DNA of 62,668 nucleotides from Macrostomum lignano. Taxonomy: Eukaryota. The translations under genes were made by a program, and so were the position numbers. Shown piece by piece: positions 60,082-62,668 of the stretch. The DNA lies in the NCBI GenBank assembly GCA_002269645.1, contig NIVC01001559.1, forward strand, positions 1 through 62,668. Direction: 5' to 3'. Positions within the stretch are counted from its first letter, which is position 1; every line of letters starts with the position of its first letter. The notes beneath the pieces were generated by a model. It was not told where the DNA came from, did not search any database, and worked only from the letters and a program-made list of their open reading frames with translations.

Positions 60082-60412
60082 ATGGCATCAAACTCGGCTG
60101 GTTTAACAGAGACGACAATCGTAGACGAGGGAATCGATGACAGCGCATCGTCTTCGTTGACTTCATCAACAGATTTGGGACACGGCAGCGAAGTCGACGA
60201 CCAGGGTCGGGAGCGGCGGTGCAGACCAGTGCGCCGTCACGAATCCGGCCAGCGTCCTGCCCGACGAGGAAGTGAGCTGGATGCTGTCCAACGACAGCGG
60301 CTTCGACCAGCCGCCGGAGGGTCAGACTAAGAAAAGTCTGGCTCGGCAGATTCTGCACTACATGGCCAAGAGCCGACGTAGGCATCGGCAGTCTTCGAGA
60401 CCGACGGCGTGA
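60082..60412 (+). pseudogene. Orphan gene S2, paralog of S1, one frameshift near 60200 (pseudogene or assembly error)
   Basis: Frame 1 MASNSAG...SLTSSTDLGHGSEVDD switches to frame 2 GADQCAVTNPASVLPDEEVSWMLSNDSGFDQ...SLARQILHYMAKSRRRHRQSSRPTA*; frame 2 is blocked upstream by TGA at 60158. Confidence 0.6.
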
Positions 60413-61267
60413 CACCAAAACGGAGAACTGATCTGCTGCGTTCCTAGAAATGGGACATCTGGTGCGATCTCCGAACTTCGATGACCTTTGAACCTTGGAA
60501 ACCCTCAAACCCTCAATGTTTATTCATTAATCGTAGGAGTGTACTTTAATCACGTGTTGTCTTTCTCTACCAACCATTTAGGTCTGGCTTTAAAAATCTC
60601 GTTCAGACTTTAGAATAAACCCTTTTGGTCATACCGTTTGAGTAATTCATTAACTCTCTGTACAAACTGTACATTCAGGCCAGCTGTACATACAAGTACG
60701 CTATACCAGGCGTCTGTCATTATGGTCTTGAAAGCGTATTTTAGGTGTTGTTTTCGTCGCTTTTTTGACCAGCCGCTGTACAAATTTACCCCGACTTAGT
60801 CAGCTGACATTCTGCAATATGCCTGTTCCTGTTCATTTTACCGTCAACATATGAGCTATTTAATTTCAATTGAGTATTCTATAAGTTAATATTTTCACCC
60901 AACCTCCCTACGGCTCGTCCCTATTAAGTACGAATATGTTGTCAATACTTATCAGTTTGTATTCAAAATTCATTCGGGTCTCGTAATGCGTGCGTGTCAC
61001 GCTACTGAATTCATTTAAACGCTGTAGTTACTCGTACATGGAGGACTTCATTTGACTATAATAAACTCTAATAAATAAGCTTTTCAGTTTGAATTTGTTT
61101 TAATTTCATGCGGAAGATACATGTAATGCAAAAACGTAAACGTTTGTTTATTTACAATCAATCATTTTTAAAATGCAACGGATGATAACAGGATATGGAC
61201 AGTTGTATGGATATTTCAATGAGTCGCCGAAAAAGATCTTGGCCTATTCAGTTCAATACGTTTCTTC

Positions 61268-61581
61268 TCAGCTTTTTGAGTAACCAGCCTCTGGCAGCTG
61301 GACGGCCGCTTCATCCGGGTCCAGCGCAGCTTGAGTCGCAACTGCAGCTGGCCGTTGAGCAGCTGCCAGACTCCGTGCAGCTCTGGAAACGCCGGCCTCT
61401 GGAAACACGTCGCCAGAATCGCGATGTCTTTGGCTTCGCGGCTGGGCCCGACGCCGCCAATGCGACAGAGCTCGAGTCGATGCCACGCCGTGTTCAGTGA
61501 GCTGCCGATGCTCCGAGACACCACGGCGGAGAGGCTTTGTGGCAGATGGGACAGCACTGAGTTGCTCATGTTCGCTGCTTT
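61268..61581 (-). CDS. Probable terminal exon of another A/E/P-rich orphan gene
   Basis: GC-rich coding-like block after the acceptor TATTGTAG; peptide ESSEHEQLSAVP...AALDPDEAAVQLPEAGYSKS*. Strand and frame not certain. Confidence 0.35.
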
Positions 61582-62668
61582 CTACAATAGTTTTGACAAA
61601 CAATTTTGCCTTTTGCTTGCTACACTGGCTTTAAGATATAGCTGCAGCTTGCATAGATATGCAGCATATGCAGTATCTGCGCAAGGGTATGTTGTATCCA
61701 ACCACGTGATAGCACGTGACAGTGCTAGCTATACAGCAACAACAATACTTTGCGCTTGAAATCTCGTTCTATTGTACTTGATTCGTTGAGTAAGTGGGGT
61801 AGTTTCGAGTACTTGACATGTACTTCCTATACCAGTAGCGATCTAAATTTAAATTCGTTTAAAACTTAAGGGTGACGTTTCAGCCAAGGACTACCCTCAA
61901 GTAGAAGAGCTGGCAACTAGACGTTTCTTGGAAAAAAATTTGGGTGGCAGTTTTCCGAATAATACACTACGGAGATAGGCAGTTTTCATTTTTTCAGCAC
62001 AAAAATTGTTATTGCTTTCGATAGGAGGCAGACACAGTGTTAATCTTTTGGTATGTCTTGCCTTTCTTATAGCTCCATTGATATTTATAGATCTTTTCGT
62101 TCAGAAAATTATGATTCTGTTTACTAACCTGTCTCCTGAAATTTTTCAAGAAGCGTCGTATCCCGTCCTACTTGAGTGGCCCTTGATTTAAGCCTGTATG
62201 AATATAGGAATACGCTTAGTGATTCAGGATGGTGTGTTTATCGTCTGTGGAAATCTTAGCTTGGCTCGGAAGCATCCAAAATAGACAGACGGTTTGTGTC
62301 AGGTGACTAAGAGTAGACACTCCCTGACCTCTAACAGACTAGAGATTCACTGCACGCTTCACTCGTGGCCTTCAATTCTAATTTTACTACAGATGCTAAA
62401 AAAGGCTATAGATGGGCTACTTGGACATATACAGGTGTGCTGCTTAGTGCAACAGCAATGTAGAATGCTAGGGCAGGAGCCGGCAAACTCCGGCCGCATG
62501 CGGCCCGCCAAGCCTCATGCATTCCACCTCGCTGTTTCACCAATTATACGAGTATGTGACCAAGTAGCCCATGTAGTTGTTTTAACATCTGTGGTCCAAA
62601 TTAGAATGGTAGGCACCAGTGAAACGTGCAGTGAATCTCTATAGTCTGCTCTGTTTGTCACCTGACAC

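Overview
Eukaryotic (animal) genomic DNA, not prokaryotic: spliceosomal GT-AG introns, GC-rich exons in AT-rich, minisatellite- and transposon-packed DNA. The style suggests a flatworm such as Macrostomum (inference only). Left half: two conserved plus-strand genes. NXF1/TAP (7 coding exons, ~9700-21722, ~620 aa) keeps the intron position that is retained in other animals' NXF1. HMCES/SRAP (7 coding exons, 23595-28302) has one 1-bp frameshift in a G run. Most introns of both genes carry their own minisatellite. Right half: a cluster of unrecognised, acidic, apparently disordered orphan genes. Two 3-exon minus-strand paralogs (31532-33240, 45903-48532) end in a basic/amphipathic LRxLCxSCxCxG motif, and a short relative lies at 51263-51514. 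A second small paralog pair (about 55805-57820 and 60082-60412) shares SLTSSxDLGHGSEV and SNDSGF motifs. Between the first two paralogs is a young CsRn1-type Ty3/Gypsy element (40856-45554) whose single ORF has cleanly lost the nucleocapsid zinc knuckle and protease. Also present: hAT, MULE-like and mariner non-autonomous elements (several with exact TSDs), a Helitron-like element carrying a satellite, a 5'-truncated RTE LINE and CORE-type SINEs. All exon models and motif calls are by eye; no database searches were run.
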